Part shown: positions 19,769-31,100 of the stretch, one piece after another
Layout: every line of letters starts with the position of its first letter
How positions within the stretch are numbered: the stretch's first letter is position 1
From: Bacilli bacterium
GTDB taxonomy: Bacteria > Bacillota_I > Bacilli_A > RFN20 > CAG-826
DNA length: 64,000 nucleotides
Assembly: GCA_041669265.1 (NCBI GenBank)
Contig: JBAYBM010000001.1
Coordinates: forward strand, 73,819 to 137,818
Reading direction: 5' to 3'
Translations under genes and position numbers: made by a program
The notes under the pieces: model-generated
Database searches by the model: none
What the model saw: the letters and a program-made list of their open reading frames with translations, nothing else
Told to the model about the DNA's origin: nothing

Positions 19769-20401
19769 ATGGATTTTGATAATCTTTTTAGGAATGCAAA
19801 AAAGGGTGATAAAGATGCTCAAAAACATCTTTTAATTTACCTTCAAGAGAACAGTAAAGCTCTTGTTTATCATTTTCGTTATGTTGCTAGTTTATACGGG
19901 ATTAGTTATATAGATTTATGTGATCTATCAGTTGAGTGTTTTTTAATTCTTCTAAATCATTATGATACAAAATATAGAGGGGGAAACATCGTGAATTTTT
20001 TTAAGTATATTTATTTACAGCTTATTAAATCTGAAATAAGAAAAGCAAAATACACTAAATACATCAAATATCGTGAAAGTTTAGGTAGAACTCATGATCT
20101 TTATGAGACAGATTACGAGCCTGCTGTTATTAGCGACGAAAGTGTTACAGAAAATCTTCATTCTAAAGAATTATGTGATTTGATTCTTGAAAACAAATGT
20201 TTTGGATTTACGGAATTTGAAAAAATTGTTTTTGAAAGATTTGTTTCTGGGAACAGTTTATGTAAAATAAGTAAAGATTTAAATGTAGATTATTATGTAG
20301 TTTATTCCGCTTATAGAAGCTCTATAAATAAGTCAAAAAAAGGGCTAAAAGAAAAGTATCCTGATTTGTATGATTTCTTTAAAGACACAAGAGACAAATA
20401 G
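19769..20401 (+). CDS. sigma-70 family RNA polymerase sigma factor (SigH-like by position)
   Basis: 210 aa with a C-terminal region-4-like HTH (SLCKISKDLNVDYYVVYSAYRSS). It lies immediately upstream of rpmG-secE-nusG, as sigH does in Bacillus. Region 2 is weakly recognisable. Confidence 0.6.
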   Translation: MDFDNLFRNAKKGDKDAQKHLLIYLQENSKALVYHFRYVASLYGISYIDLCDLSVECFLILLNHYDTKYRGGNIVNFFKYIYLQLIKSEIRKAKYTKYIKYRESLGRTHDLYETDYEPAVISDESVTENLHSKELCDLILENKCFGFTEFEKIVFERFVSGNSLCKISKDLNVDYYVVYSAYRSSINKSKKGLKEKYPDLYDFFKDTRDK

Positions 20402-20476
20402 AAATCAAAAATTAATGATTGAATTCTTGCATTATTTGATATAATATTTACAATAGTATAGAAGGATAGGATGAAT

Positions 20477-20626
20477 ATGAGGAAAAAAGTTATTTTGATT
20501 TGCTCTGAATGTTTAAGCCGAAACTATACTACTACTAGAAAAGTTGAAGGCACAACCGAAAGATTAGAATTACGTAAGTTTTGTCCTCATTGTGGAAAAT
20601 ATACTATCCACAAAGAAAGTAAGTAA
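20477..20626 (+). CDS. rpmG: 50S ribosomal protein L33
   Basis: Absent from the ORF track because it is short. It encodes [49 protein letters not shown], with CxxC...CxxC zinc knuckles and a GAAGGA SD, in the conserved position before secE. ATG 20471 is an alternative start. Confidence 0.88.
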   Translation: MRKKVILICSECLSRNYTTTRKVEGTTERLELRKFCPHCGKYTIHKESK

Positions 20627-20634
20627 GGTGTATT

Positions 20635-20838
20635 ATGAGCAAGATTACAAACTATTTTAAAGGTGTTACTAGAGAAGCACGTCGTGTTAAATGGCCTACT
20701 AAGAGTAATTTCTTACCAGCTATTAGTGTTGTTTTAGTTATTACAATTTTTGCAGCAATATTCCTTTCTATAGAGGATCTTGCTAGTGCTACTATTATTA
20801 ATCAATTACGTTCAGCTTTTGAAGGTTTAAGAGGTTAG
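20635..20838 (+). CDS. secE: preprotein translocase subunit SecE
   Basis: 67 aa with a single C-terminal TM helix and the motif EARRVKWPT. Confidence 0.88.
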   Translation: MSKITNYFKGVTREARRVKWPTKSNFLPAISVVLVITIFAAIFLSIEDLASATIINQLRSAFEGLRG

Positions 20839-20840
20839 TT

Positions 20841-21425
20841 ATGGCAGATTCAAAGATTGAAAAGCAATGGTATATTGCAACAACCTATAGTTCACATGAA
20901 CAAAAAGTTGCTGAAAATATTCGCCGTAGAGTTGAGTCAATGGGCTTACAAGGCCAAGTTTTTAGAATTGTTGTTGCTGAGGAACAAATTCCTGTTTTAA
21001 ACAAGGATGGAACTCAAGCAATGGTTACAAAAGATGGTATTTCAACTCCAAAAATTAAGATTAAGAATTTATATCCAGGTTACATTTTCGTAGAAATGAT
21101 TATGACTGATGATAGTTGGTTCATGGTCAGAAATACTCCAGGTGTTACTGGTATTGCTGGATCAAGTGGTGGTGGTCAAAAACCAACTCCTGTTGAACCA
21201 AAAGAAATCGAAACTGTTCTTAAGAGAATGGGCATGGTTGATAATGCAATGTATGATAGATATCATGAAGGTGATTTGGTTAAGATTATTCATGGTACAT
21301 TTGCTAACGTTGAAGGCAAGATTGTTTCTATCAATAAAGAGACTGGTAGTGTTAAAGTTGATACTATTTTCTTTGGTAGACATACTCCAGTTGATGTTGA
21401 TTTCAGCGAAATTATTCGTATTTAG
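20841..21425 (+). CDS. nusG: transcription termination/antitermination factor NusG
   Basis: 194 aa with an NGN domain (WYIATTYSSHEQKV) and a KOW motif (GDLVKIIHGTFANVEGKIVSI). Confidence 0.92.
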   Translation: MADSKIEKQWYIATTYSSHEQKVAENIRRRVESMGLQGQVFRIVVAEEQIPVLNKDGTQAMVTKDGISTPKIKIKNLYPGYIFVEMIMTDDSWFMVRNTPGVTGIAGSSGGGQKPTPVEPKEIETVLKRMGMVDNAMYDRYHEGDLVKIIHGTFANVEGKIVSINKETGSVKVDTIFFGRHTPVDVDFSEIIRI

Positions 21426-21484
21426 TTTTCAAAAACTATAGCAAATCCCACGTGGATTTTATATGTAATGAAAATGCAATAAAA

Positions 21485-21510
21485 AGTCCTTGTTAAACAG
21501 GGGCTTTTTT
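21485..21510 (+). terminator. intrinsic terminator after nusG
   Basis: Stem AGTCCTTG / CAGGGGCT (two G-U pairs), loop TTAAA and a T6 run. Confidence 0.6.
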
Positions 21511-21626
21511 GGTATTATTTAACGTGCGCGAAAAGCGTAACCATTATAACTATGTTATAAGGGCGTTGTAGAAGAAGTGCGATACTTCGTTAAAATAACT
21601 ACAACTTACTATAGGAGGAAACAAAA

Positions 21627-22040
21627 GTGAGTAAAAAAATCGCAAAAGTTGTTAAACTTGAGCTCATGGGTGGTGAAGCTAAACCAGGACCAAAACTTGC
21701 AAGTGCAGGTGTTGTTATGCCAAAGTTCTGTACCGAGTTCAATGCAAAGACTGCTGATAGAAGAGGACAAGTAGTTCCTGTTATTATCACAGCTTATGAG
21801 GACAAAACATTCTCATTAGAAATTAAGACTTCCCCAGTTACAGGTCTTTTACTAAAAGCCGCTGGAATTGCTAAAGGAAGTGCAAATCCAAAAACTACAA
21901 TTGCTGGCAAAGTTACCAAAGCACAAATCAAGGAAATTGCTGAATATAAATTACCTGATTTAAATTGTGAAGATATCGAAGCTGCAATGAAGATAGTTGA
22001 AGGTAGTGCTCGTAATATGGGCATTAAAGTTGTTGATTAA
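21627..22040 (+). CDS. rplK: 50S ribosomal protein L11
   Basis: 137 aa with a GTG start 8 nt after AGGAGG. The pattern is L11-like (KVVKLELMGGEAKPGP...FCTEFNAKT). Confidence 0.92.
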   Translation: MSKKIAKVVKLELMGGEAKPGPKLASAGVVMPKFCTEFNAKTADRRGQVVPVIITAYEDKTFSLEIKTSPVTGLLLKAAGIAKGSANPKTTIAGKVTKAQIKEIAEYKLPDLNCEDIEAAMKIVEGSARNMGIKVVD

Positions 22041-22056
22041 TTAGGAGAATGAAATT

Positions 22057-22737
22057 ATGAAAAAATATGGAAAAAAATATAACAACGTTCTTAAATTAAT
22101 CGATACAAAAAAAGTTTATTCTGTAGAAGAAGCTTGCGAATTAATTAAGAAAACAAGTGTTACAAAATTTGATAGTAGTGTTGGTGTTTCAATGCATTTA
22201 AACATCAATGCAAAAGCTGCTGATCAACAAATCAGAGGCACAGTTATTCTTCCAGCTGGAACTGGTAAAAATGTTAGAGTCGTTGCATTAACTAGTAAAG
22301 TTGAAGAAGCTAAGGCTGCTGGTGCTGATTATGCTGGTGGTGAAGAATTATTAAACAAAATTGTTAACGAAAAATGGTTCGATTTTGATGTAATTTGTGC
22401 CACTCCTGAAATGATGGGTCATATTGGAAAAGCAGGAAGAGTTTTAGGTCCAAAAGGCTTAATGCCAAACCCAAAGACTGGAACTGTTGGTCCAGATGTT
22501 AAGAAAATGGTTAGTGAAGCTAAAGCTGGTAAGGTTGAATATCGTGCTGATAAAGATGGCAACGTCAACTTAGCAGTTGGTAAGGTTTCATTTGATACTA
22601 AGAAATTAGTTGAAAACGTCAATACTGTTATTCAACAAATTTTAAAGATTAAACCAGCCAGCATCAAAGGTGCTTATGTTACTTGCTGTGTCATCCATAC
22701 AACCATGGGTCCATCAGTAAAAGTTGTTTGTGAATAA
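22057..22737 (+). CDS. rplA: 50S ribosomal protein L1
   Basis: 226 aa with motifs [11 protein letters not shown] and [14 protein letters not shown]. Confidence 0.93.
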   Translation: MKKYGKKYNNVLKLIDTKKVYSVEEACELIKKTSVTKFDSSVGVSMHLNINAKAADQQIRGTVILPAGTGKNVRVVALTSKVEEAKAAGADYAGGEELLNKIVNEKWFDFDVICATPEMMGHIGKAGRVLGPKGLMPNPKTGTVGPDVKKMVSEAKAGKVEYRADKDGNVNLAVGKVSFDTKKLVENVNTVIQQILKIKPASIKGAYVTCCVIHTTMGPSVKVVCE

Positions 22738-22868
22738 ATTTTAAATAGTTTGATTGGCTTTATATACCTAAGACAATAGCGACTGAAAAGTTTAATTATG
22801 CTATCGAGGTAAATTATATAAAAGAATCCTCATGTATATCGAGCCTCAAAATATAAGGAGGTAAAGGA
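22738..22868 (+). promoter_or_regulatory. candidate L10(L12) autoregulatory leader of rplJL
   Basis: A 131-nt untranslated gap precedes rplJ in an otherwise gap-free ribosomal block, the position and size of the Firmicute L10 leader. I did not verify the structure. Confidence 0.3.
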
Positions 22869-23351
22869 ATGAATCAAGAAGTTTTGAAAGAGAAACAAGC
22901 CGTGGTTCAAGAAGTTACTGATCTCTACAAAAATAGTAAGGCTATGGTCGTTTGTGAATATCGTGGCTTAACTGTTAAGAATGTCAGTGAACTCCGTAAA
23001 ACTTTACGTGAAAAGGATGCCCATGCAGGAGTATTTAAGAATTCTTTAGTTTCTAGAGCTGTTGAAAATAAAGATTTCGATGCTTACTTAGGTGGACCAA
23101 ATGTATTCTTATTTTTTAAGGATTACACAAACGGTTCTTTAAAATCCGTTGCTAAATTTAGCAGAGATCACGAAAAGTTAGTAATCAAGGGCGGAATTGT
23201 TGATGGAAAAGTTCAAGATAGTAAATATATTTTAGCTATCGCAAAGTTACCATCAAGAGAAGGCTTACTCTCAATGTTAGCAAGTGCATTACAAGGTTCT
23301 ATAAGAAATTTTGCTTATGTACTTAGTGAAGTTGCCGGTAGTAAGAAGTAG
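22869..23351 (+). CDS. rplJ: 50S ribosomal protein L10
   Basis: 160 aa with an L10 pattern (VVCEYRGLTVKNVSELRKTLRE). The SD is AAGGAGG. Confidence 0.92.
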   Translation: MNQEVLKEKQAVVQEVTDLYKNSKAMVVCEYRGLTVKNVSELRKTLREKDAHAGVFKNSLVSRAVENKDFDAYLGGPNVFLFFKDYTNGSLKSVAKFSRDHEKLVIKGGIVDGKVQDSKYILAIAKLPSREGLLSMLASALQGSIRNFAYVLSEVAGSKK

Positions 23352-23401
23352 TTAAAAATTGCTTAAATTTTAGAAAAAATTAGATATTGGAGGAAAAAAA
23401 T

Positions 23402-23773
23402 ATGGCAAAATTAACAAATGAAGAAATTATTGCTTCAGTTAAAGAGATGTCTGTTGTTGAATTAAATGAATTAGTTAAGGCTATTGAGAAGGAATTCGGA
23501 GTTTCTGCTGCTGCTCCAGTTGCTGCTGCTCCAGCCGAAGATGAAGGTGCTAAAAAAGGACCAAGCGAAGTTAGCTTAATCTTAACAAAATGTGGTATGA
23601 ACAAGGTTGCTTGTATTAAAGCAGTCCAAGCTATCACAGGTTTAGGTTTAATGGATGCTAAGAAATTAGTCGATGGTGCACCAGCTCCTATTAAGGAACA
23701 TATTTCACCAGTCGAAGCCGAAGAACACAAGAAAGCTCTTGTTGCTGCTGGCGCTGAAGTTGAAATTAAATAG
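23402..23773 (+). CDS. rplL: 50S ribosomal protein L7/L12
   Basis: 123 aa starting at ATG 23402 ([18 protein letters not shown]), with an Ala/Pro hinge and the C-terminal motif [15 protein letters not shown]. Confidence 0.93.
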   Translation: MAKLTNEEIIASVKEMSVVELNELVKAIEKEFGVSAAAPVAAAPAEDEGAKKGPSEVSLILTKCGMNKVACIKAVQAITGLGLMDAKKLVDGAPAPIKEHISPVEAEEHKKALVAAGAEVEIK

Positions 23774-23788
23774 TTAATTAAATAAGTG

Positions 23789-23825
23789 AAACCTGCCCAT
23801 ACTTTTGTATTGGGGCAGGTTTTTG
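23789..23825 (+). terminator. intrinsic terminator after rplL
   Basis: Stem AAACCTGCCC / GGGGCAGGTTT followed by a T-run. Confidence 0.7.
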
Positions 23826-23844
23826 CCTATTTAAAGGGAGTATA

Positions 23845-24435
23845 ATGAGTCATTATTTTATAGAAGATCCAAGCATTAAAAATCATGAATTCCATATCAA
23901 ATATAGGATAAATGATGTTGATTTTGATCTTTTAAGCAATAATGGAGTTTTCTCAAAATCTTCCATTGATAAAGGAACATATTTCTTTTTACAAGAACTT
24001 GTTAAATTACCTTTATCAAATAAAGTTTTAGACCTAGGCTGTGGATACGGAGTGGTTGGTTTGACACTTAAGGTTTTGTTTCCTAAGTTAGACATGACTA
24101 TGGTTGATATAAATCCTAGTTGTTTAAACTTAGTGAGATTGAATGTTACTAAGTACGGAATTGAAGCTAAAATTATAGAATCAAACTCTTATTCAAATCT
24201 CTTAGATCATTATGATTATGTATTATTAAATCCACCTATTAGTTGTGGAAAAGAGATAATTTATAACATGTATCGTGAGACATATGTTCATCTTAATGAT
24301 AATGGTCACTTCTTAATTGTAATTCGTAAAGATAAAGGTGCTTTATCTCATAAAAAATATTTAGAAACGTTATTTAATAAAGTTTCTATATTAAATAAAG
24401 ATAAAGGATATTTAATTATTGAATCAATTAAGTAA
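23845..24435 (+). CDS. class I SAM-dependent rRNA methyltransferase (RsmC/YbxB-like)
   Basis: 196 aa with the SAM motif VLDLGCGYGVVG and the motif LLNPPI. It is in the same position as Bacillus ybxB, between rplL and rpoB. Confidence 0.8.
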   Translation: MSHYFIEDPSIKNHEFHIKYRINDVDFDLLSNNGVFSKSSIDKGTYFFLQELVKLPLSNKVLDLGCGYGVVGLTLKVLFPKLDMTMVDINPSCLNLVRLNVTKYGIEAKIIESNSYSNLLDHYDYVLLNPPISCGKEIIYNMYRETYVHLNDNGHFLIVIRKDKGALSHKKYLETLFNKVSILNKDKGYLIIESIK

Positions 24436-24461
24436 TATTTGAAAATTGAAGGAGTCCAAAA

Positions 24462-27400
24462 ATGAAATCTTATAAAGATTATCCAAAAATTAATAACGAT
24501 CGTATTAATTTCTCTAAGATTAGTGGTAAATTACCTTTACCTTATCTTGTTGAAATTCAAACTGAATCTTATGCAAACTTTATTAAAGAGGGAATTGATA
24601 TTGCATTAAAAGATGTTTTCCCTATTACTAGTTTTGCAGAAACATTATCAATCGATTATGTTTCCCATCATCTCGAACAACCAAAATATGATTTTAATGA
24701 ATGTAAGAAAAGAGATTTAACTTACAGTGCTCCATTAAAAGCAGTTTTACGTTTGCATGATTTACAATCCGGAGAAGTAAAAGAATCCGAAATATTCATG
24801 GGTGATTTACCTTTAATGACTGAAAGTGGTACTTTTATTATCAATGGTGCTGAAAGAGTTATTGTTAGTCAAATTGTCAGATCTCCAGGTGCTTATTTAT
24901 CAAAAACAATTGATTTAAAATCTGGTCAATATGTTTATAATGCCGATTTAATCCCAACTCGTGGGACATGGCTCCAATTCGAAAGCGATATGAAGAACAT
25001 GTTATGGGTTCGTATTGATAGACAAAGAAAAATGCCTGCTACAATCATTTTAAAAGCTTTAGGTATTGATTCTGAAAAAGAAATTTTAGACTTATTTGAT
25101 GATAGAGAATCTTTAAAACTCACTCTTGAAAAAGATGCTACAAATAAAAAGAGCATTGATGCTTTAAGAGAAATTTTCAAGAAATCTAAACCTGGTGAAC
25201 CTTGTACTGATGAAGGTGTTCACACATTCTTAAAACAAAAATTCTTTGATGATAAAAGATATGATTTAGGAATTGCTGGAAGATTTAAATTTGCTAAGAA
25301 ATTAGGAATTTATAATCGTTTACCTGGTAGAATTCTTGCTGAAAATTTAATTGATTCAAATGGAGAATTAAAATATAAAACTGGTACTTTATTAACCAAA
25401 GAAATGGTTGAAGAACTTCAAAATGAAGAATTCTTTGAAAAAGGTGCTCATACTAGAAAACTAAAAATAAATGAAAAACTTGATACTAATGGTCTTGTTA
25501 ATATTGTAAGAGTTTATTCAACTACTAAAAAAGATGTAATTTCTACAATTGTTGGAACTGATCTTAATTTACAACTTGCTCGTGTCACTGTTAGTGATAT
25601 GGTCGCTATTTTTAGTTATTTTATGAATTTAATGGATGGTTTTGGAAGTGTTGATGATATTGATCACTTATCAAATAGACGTATCCGTTGTGTTGGTGAA
25701 TTATTACAAACTCAATTTAGATATGGCTTAACAAAGATGGCAAAAAATGTTCAACAAAAGATGTCAATTACTACTGGAGTTGATACTAAAGATTTAACTC
25801 CACAAAATCTTGTTAACATTCGTCCACTTGTAAGTAGTATTCGTGAATTCTTTGCAAGTTCACAACTTTCACAATTTATGGATCAAACTAATCCACTCGC
25901 TGAACTCGCTAATAAACGTAGAATTAGTGCTTTAGGAAGTGGCGGTTTAACTCGTGATAGAGCTTCCATGGAAGTTAGAGATGTTCACTTTACTCACTAT
26001 GGTAGAATTTGTCCTATTGAAACTCCTGAAGGACAAAATATTGGTTTAATTAATAACCTTGCTACTTATGCAAAAATTAATAAATATGGATTTATTGAAA
26101 CTCCATATCGTAAAGTTGATTCTAAAACTGGAAAAATTTTGGAAGATGCCGAATATTTTAATGCTGATGAAGAAACAAACCACGTTATTGCTCAAGCAAC
26201 ACGTGATGATATTGAAGATGGATATTTAAATGGTGAAAAGGTTGTTTCTCGTTTTAATGGAAAGAACATTCTAGCTGATAGAGAGACAGTAGAATACATT
26301 GATGAATCACCAATGCAAATTGTTTCTGTTGCTGCTGCTTGTATTCCATTCCTTGAAAACGATGATAACACTCGTGCTTTGATGGGTGCTAACATGCAAC
26401 GTCAAGCTTTACCTTTATTAAGACCACATGCTCCATTTGTTGGAACAGGTCTTGAACATTCTATTGCTCATGATTGTGGACTTGCAATTATTGCAGTCAA
26501 TGATGGCACTTGTACTTATATGGATGCCAAAAAGATTAAAGTAATGGAAAAAGAAGGCGAAAGAACTTATAACCTTATTAAATTTGAAGGTAGTAACCAA
26601 GGAACTTGTATTAATCAAACTCCAATTGTTCATAAAGGAGATAAGATTAAGAAAGGTGAAATTATCGCTGATGGTCCAAGTATGGAAAATGGTGATTTAG
26701 CACTTGGTCAAAACGTTACCATTGCCTTTATGACATGGGAAGGTTACAACTACGAAGATGCTGTTATTATGTCAGATAGATTAGTTAAAGATGATGTTTA
26801 TACAACAATTCATATCGAATCATATGAACTTGAATGCCGTGAAACTAAAAACGGTGAAGAATTAATTACTGCTGATGTACCAAATATTGGTTTACAAGCA
26901 AAATCCCATCTTGATAGTAGAGGTATTGCAAATATTGGTACTGATGTTAAAGAGGGAGATATTCTTGTTGGAAAAGTCACTCCACGTGGCTCAACTGAAC
27001 CTTCTCCAGATCAAAAATTACTTGATGCTATCTTTGGTGATAAATCAAAAGATGGTAAAGACACTTCTTTACGTGTTCCACATGGTGGAGCAGGAACTGT
27101 TTTGGATGTTAAAGTTTTCTCTCGTGAACAAGGTGATGAATTATCTCCAGGCGTAAAGATTAAAGTTAGAGTTTATGTTGTTCAAAAACGTAAAATCAGT
27201 GAAGGTGATAAGATGTCAGGAAGACACGGTAATAAAGGTGTTATTTCTAAGATTTTACCAGCAGCTGATATGCCATTCTTACCAGATGGAACCCCAGTTG
27301 ATATTATGTTAAATCCTCAAGGTGTTCCTTCACGTATGAATATCGGACAAGTCCTTGAAGTCCATTTAGGTATGGCTTGTAAGAAACTTGGTCTTAAGAT

Positions 27401-28109
27401 TGCAACTCCAGTTTTCGATGGTATCTCAAACGAAGAAATCAACGAAATGATGAAGGATGCAAAATCTCCAAAAGATGGTAAATATACTCTTATTGATGGA
27501 AGAACCGGTGAAAAGTTTGATAGTCGTATTAACGTTGGTGTTATGTATATGATTAAACTTGTCCACATGGTCGATGATAAGTTACACGCACGTGCTACTG
27601 GACCATATTCAACAGTCACTCAACAACCATTAGGTGGTAAAGCACAAAATGGTGGTCAAAGATTTGGTGAAATGGAAGTCTGGGCACTTGAAGCTTATGG
27701 TGCTGCTTACACTTTACAAGAAATGATGACTATTAAGTCTGATGATCGTGTTGGTAGAAGAAAAACTTATGAATCCATTATTAAAGGTCAACCATTACCA
27801 AAACCATCAATTCCAGAAGCTTTCAAAGTCTTTACAAAAGAATTAATGGGCTTGGCTATGAATGTTGAATTAAGAGATAAAGAAGGTAAGTTAATCGATA
27901 TGGATTTACTTGCTAGACAAACTCAAAAAGAAGAACAACGTTCAATGCGTAGTGTTCGTAACATCGGAAGCAGCGGAGAAGAAGCGATGAGTGCTGAAGA
28001 ATCAATTAAATTTGAAGAGCATCTTAACGAAGTTTCTCACGAAGTTGATAGCAAAGATGAAAACGATTCACAAGTTACCAATGAAGATGTTCATGATTTA
28101 TTAAATTAG
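24462..28109 (+). CDS. rpoB: DNA-directed RNA polymerase subunit beta
   Basis: 1215 aa with conserved blocks (RRIRCVGELL, GRHGNKGVISKI, MNIGQVLE, GGQRFGEMEVWALEAYGAA). It has an acidic C-terminal extension. Confidence 0.97.
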   Translation: MKSYKDYPKINNDRINFSKISGKLPLPYLVEIQTESYANFIKEGIDIALKDVFPITSFAETLSIDYVSHHLEQPKYDFNECKKRDLTYSAPLKAVLRLHDLQSGEVKESEIFMGDLPLMTESGTFIINGAERVIVSQIVRSPGAYLSKTIDLKSGQYVYNADLIPTRGTWLQFESDMKNMLWVRIDRQRKMPATIILKALGIDSEKEILDLFDDRESLKLTLEKDATNKKSIDALREIFKKSKPGEPCTDEGVHTFLKQKFFDDKRYDLGIAGRFKFAKKLGIYNRLPGRILAENLIDSNGELKYKTGTLLTKEMVEELQNEEFFEKGAHTRKLKINEKLDTNGLVNIVRVYSTTKKDVISTIVGTDLNLQLARVTVSDMVAIFSYFMNLMDGFGSVDDIDHLSNRRIRCVGELLQTQFRYGLTKMAKNVQQKMSITTGVDTKDLTPQNLVNIRPLVSSIREFFASSQLSQFMDQTNPLAELANKRRISALGSGGLTRDRASMEVRDVHFTHYGRICPIETPEGQNIGLINNLATYAKINKYGFIETPYRKVDSKTGKILEDAEYFNADEETNHVIAQATRDDIEDGYLNGEKVVSRFNGKNILADRETVEYIDESPMQIVSVAAACIPFLENDDNTRALMGANMQRQALPLLRPHAPFVGTGLEHSIAHDCGLAIIAVNDGTCTYMDAKKIKVMEKEGERTYNLIKFEGSNQGTCINQTPIVHKGDKIKKGEIIADGPSMENGDLALGQNVTIAFMTWEGYNYEDAVIMSDRLVKDDVYTTIHIESYELECRETKNGEELITADVPNIGLQAKSHLDSRGIANIGTDVKEGDILVGKVTPRGSTEPSPDQKLLDAIFGDKSKDGKDTSLRVPHGGAGTVLDVKVFSREQGDELSPGVKIKVRVYVVQKRKISEGDKMSGRHGNKGVISKILPAADMPFLPDGTPVDIMLNPQGVPSRMNIGQVLEVHLGMACKKLGLKIATPVFDGISNEEINEMMKDAKSPKDGKYTLIDGRTGEKFDSRINVGVMYMIKLVHMVDDKLHARATGPYSTVTQQPLGGKAQNGGQRFGEMEVWALEAYGAAYTLQEMMTIKSDDRVGRRKTYESIIKGQPLPKPSIPEAFKVFTKELMGLAMNVELRDKEGKLIDMDLLARQTQKEEQRSMRSVRNIGSSGEEAMSAEESIKFEEHLNEVSHEVDSKDENDSQVTNEDVHDLLN

Positions 28110-28121
28110 GAGGAAGAAGAT

Positions 28122-31100
28122 ATGTTTGATGTAAATAATTTAGCTAGTATTAAAGTTGGTCTTGCTTCTCCAGATAAAATTAGAGAATGGTCTCATGGTG
28201 AAGTCACAAAACCAGAGACAATTAACTATCGTAGTCAAAAACCAGAAATGGATGGTTTATTCTGTGAAAGAATATTTGGACCTAGTAAAGATTACGAATG
28301 TCATTGTGGAAAATATAAGAAAATTAGATATGCTGGTGTCGTTTGTGAAAAATGTGGTGTTGAAGTTATCTCTAAAGAAGTTCGTAGAGAAAGAATGGGC
28401 AACATTGAACTTGCCTCACCATGTTCACATATTTGGTATTTAAAAGGTATTCCTTCTAGAATGGCTCTTACACTTGATGTATCACCAAAAGATTTAGAGG
28501 AAGTTGTTAATTTCTCTGCTCACTTTTGTCTTAATCCAGGAACAAGTAAGATTTTATTCTATAAGCAATATTTAGATGACCGTCAAGGTAGAGAAGTATT
28601 TACTGCTGTTGTAAAAGAAATCGAATCAACATTAGATGTTTCAAGTTTTGATTACAGCCAAGCACAAAATATTTTAGGAAACCTTGAAAATTTCCAAAAT
28701 CCATTTGATTTCTATGGTGTTGCTGCTTTTATTAGTGCTCATAATGGAAGTGAATTTGGAGAGGGTGCTGCTTGTGTAAAAAGATTATTACATGAAGTAG
28801 ATCTAAATAAAGAATTTGATACAATTTCAAAAGAAATTAAAGATGCTTCTGGTCAAAAGTTAACAAAATTAACTAAAAGACTTGAAGTTTTAGATGCATT
28901 TATTAAGTCTGGAAATAAGCCAGAATGGATGATTTTAGATACCATTCCAGTTATTCCACCAGATTTAAGACCAATGTTACAACTCGATGGTGGTAGATTT
29001 GCTACTTCCGATTTAAACGACTTATATCGTAGAGTTTTAACACGTAACAATCGTTTAAAGAGATTAATTGAAGTTAATGCTCCAAACGTTATTTTAATTA
29101 ACGAAAAGAGAATGTTGCAAGAAGCAGTTGATGCTTTAATCGATAATGGCAGAAGAAATGGAAAACCTGTTACTGGTGCTGCTGGAAGACCTTTGAAGTC
29201 TTTAAGTGGTGGATTAAAAGGTAAACAAGGAAGATTTAGACAAAACTTATTAGGAAAACGTGTTGATTATAGTGGTCGTAGTGTTATTGCTGTTGGACCA
29301 TCACTCAAAATGTATCAATGTGGAATCCCAAGAGAAATGGCTATTAATTTATTAAGACCATTTATTGCTGCAATCTTAATTAAAGAAGGAAAATGTACCC
29401 TTCATAAACAAGCTGATAAGAAGATTGATGATAAAGATAACGATGTCTATGATGTTGTTGAAAAGATTATTTCTTACCATCCAGTCTTACTTAACCGTGC
29501 ACCAACATTACACAGATTAGGTATTCAAGCTTTCCAACCTGTACTTGTTGATGGACGAGCAATTAGATTACATCCACTTGTTTGTACAGGATTCAACGCT
29601 GATTTCGATGGCGATCAAATGGCAGTCCATGTTCCTATTTCTAAAGCTGCTCAACAAGAAGCATTAGATTTAATGTTAGCAAGTAATAACATTCTTGCTC
29701 CAAAAGATGGAAAACCAATTGTTACTCCTTCACAAGATATTTTAATCGGTAATTATTATCTTACTATTGAAGAAACTAAGAATGATTTCTTAGAAACTAG
29801 CAAGAAATTTAAAGCTGCTGGTGATGAAGAAGAAGCTGAAAGATATGTTGCTTATTCCAAGATGGAAGGCAAAGTATTTAAAGACATTAACGAAGTTTAT
29901 AAAGCTTATGATTTAAAGAAGATTCATCTTCATACACGTATTGCTCTTCCAGGAAGAGTTATGAAGAAGACTGGATTTAGCGAAGCAATGAAGAATGGTT
30001 ATCTTATTACTACTGTTGGTAAGATGATTTTCAACCTCATTTTCCCAGCTGATTTCCCATATTTAAATACCACAAGCAAAGAAAACTTAAAAGAAAATCA
30101 AGAGAGATTCTTTGTAAAGCCAGGTACTGATATTCCTGCATATATTGCTGGTTTACCATTAAATTCACCTACAAAGAAGAAAGATATTACTAACATTATT
30201 GATGAAGTATTCCATCGTTATGGAACTAGTAAAACTAGTGCTATTATCGATAAATTAAAAGATAATGGCTTCAGATTCTCTACTGTTAGTGGTTTAACTA
30301 TTGCTATTAGTGATATTGAAATTCTTGGTACAAAGAAAGAAGATATTGAAGAAAGTGACGCCGCAGTCGATAAGATTGAAGCCTTATATAAGAGAGGTTT
30401 CTTAACTGATAACGAACGTCATAAGAAAGTTGTTGATATTTGGACAGCTTGTACTAATAAAGTTTCTGATTCTGTTGCTGAAAAGCTTTCAAAAGATACT
30501 AAAAATCCATTATTCATTATGTCAGATAGTGGTGCTAGAGGAAGTAAGTCAAACTTCACCCAATTAATGGGAATGAGAGGACTTATGGGTTCTACCTCTG
30601 GTGAAACAATTGAAATTCCTGTTAAATCTTGTTTCCGTGAAGGTTTAAACGTTGCAGAGTTCTTTACTGGTACTCACGGTGCTCGTAAAGGTGGTGCTGA
30701 TACCGCTTTAAAGACAGCTGACTCAGGATATTTAACTCGTAGACTTGTTGATGTTTCTCAAGATGTTGTTGTTAGAGAAGTCGATTGTCATAGTGATCAT
30801 GGTAGTTATGTTACAGATATTATTGATACTGCACAAAATACTGTCATCGTTCCACTATATGATCGTTTGGTTGGTAGATTTACTTGTCACGACGTAATTG
30901 ATCCAAATACTGGAGAAGTTATTGTTGCTGCCAATACATTAATGGATGAAGTAACTGCAAAGCAAATTGTTGATGCAGGTATTACAAAAGTTGAGATTCG
31001 TTCCTTATTTGGTTGTCAAACTAAAGATGGTGTTTGTGTACACTGTTATGGACGTAACCTTGCTACTGGTAAATTAGTTGAAGTTGGACAAGCTGTTGGT

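Noticed and set aside
21440-21460. Reading AAATCCACG / GTGGATTT as DnaA boxes
   Set aside because: It matches only about 6 of 9 positions of TTATCCACA. It is a single site with no dnaA/dnaN or AT-rich unwinding-element context.
21511-21626. L1-binding autoregulatory leader upstream of rplK
   Set aside because: The 116-nt leader has small hairpins (GCGC-GAAAA-GCGT and GAAGT-GCGAT-ACTTC). I could not match it to a known L1 site by eye, so it is not reported as a feature.
23380-23730. Antisense or alternative-frame ORFs inside highly conserved genes. Examples: 23380-23730 opposite rplL; 31685-32041 opposite rpoC; 21109-21441 in nusG; 18391-18729 opposite mgtC; 36768-37076 in the acetyltransferase gene; 28156-28443 in rpoC.
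   Set aside because: Each is fully nested in a gene with strong family motifs, lacks an SD and has low-complexity or odd composition. These are the open frames expected by chance in AT-rich DNA with few stop codons on the shadow strand.
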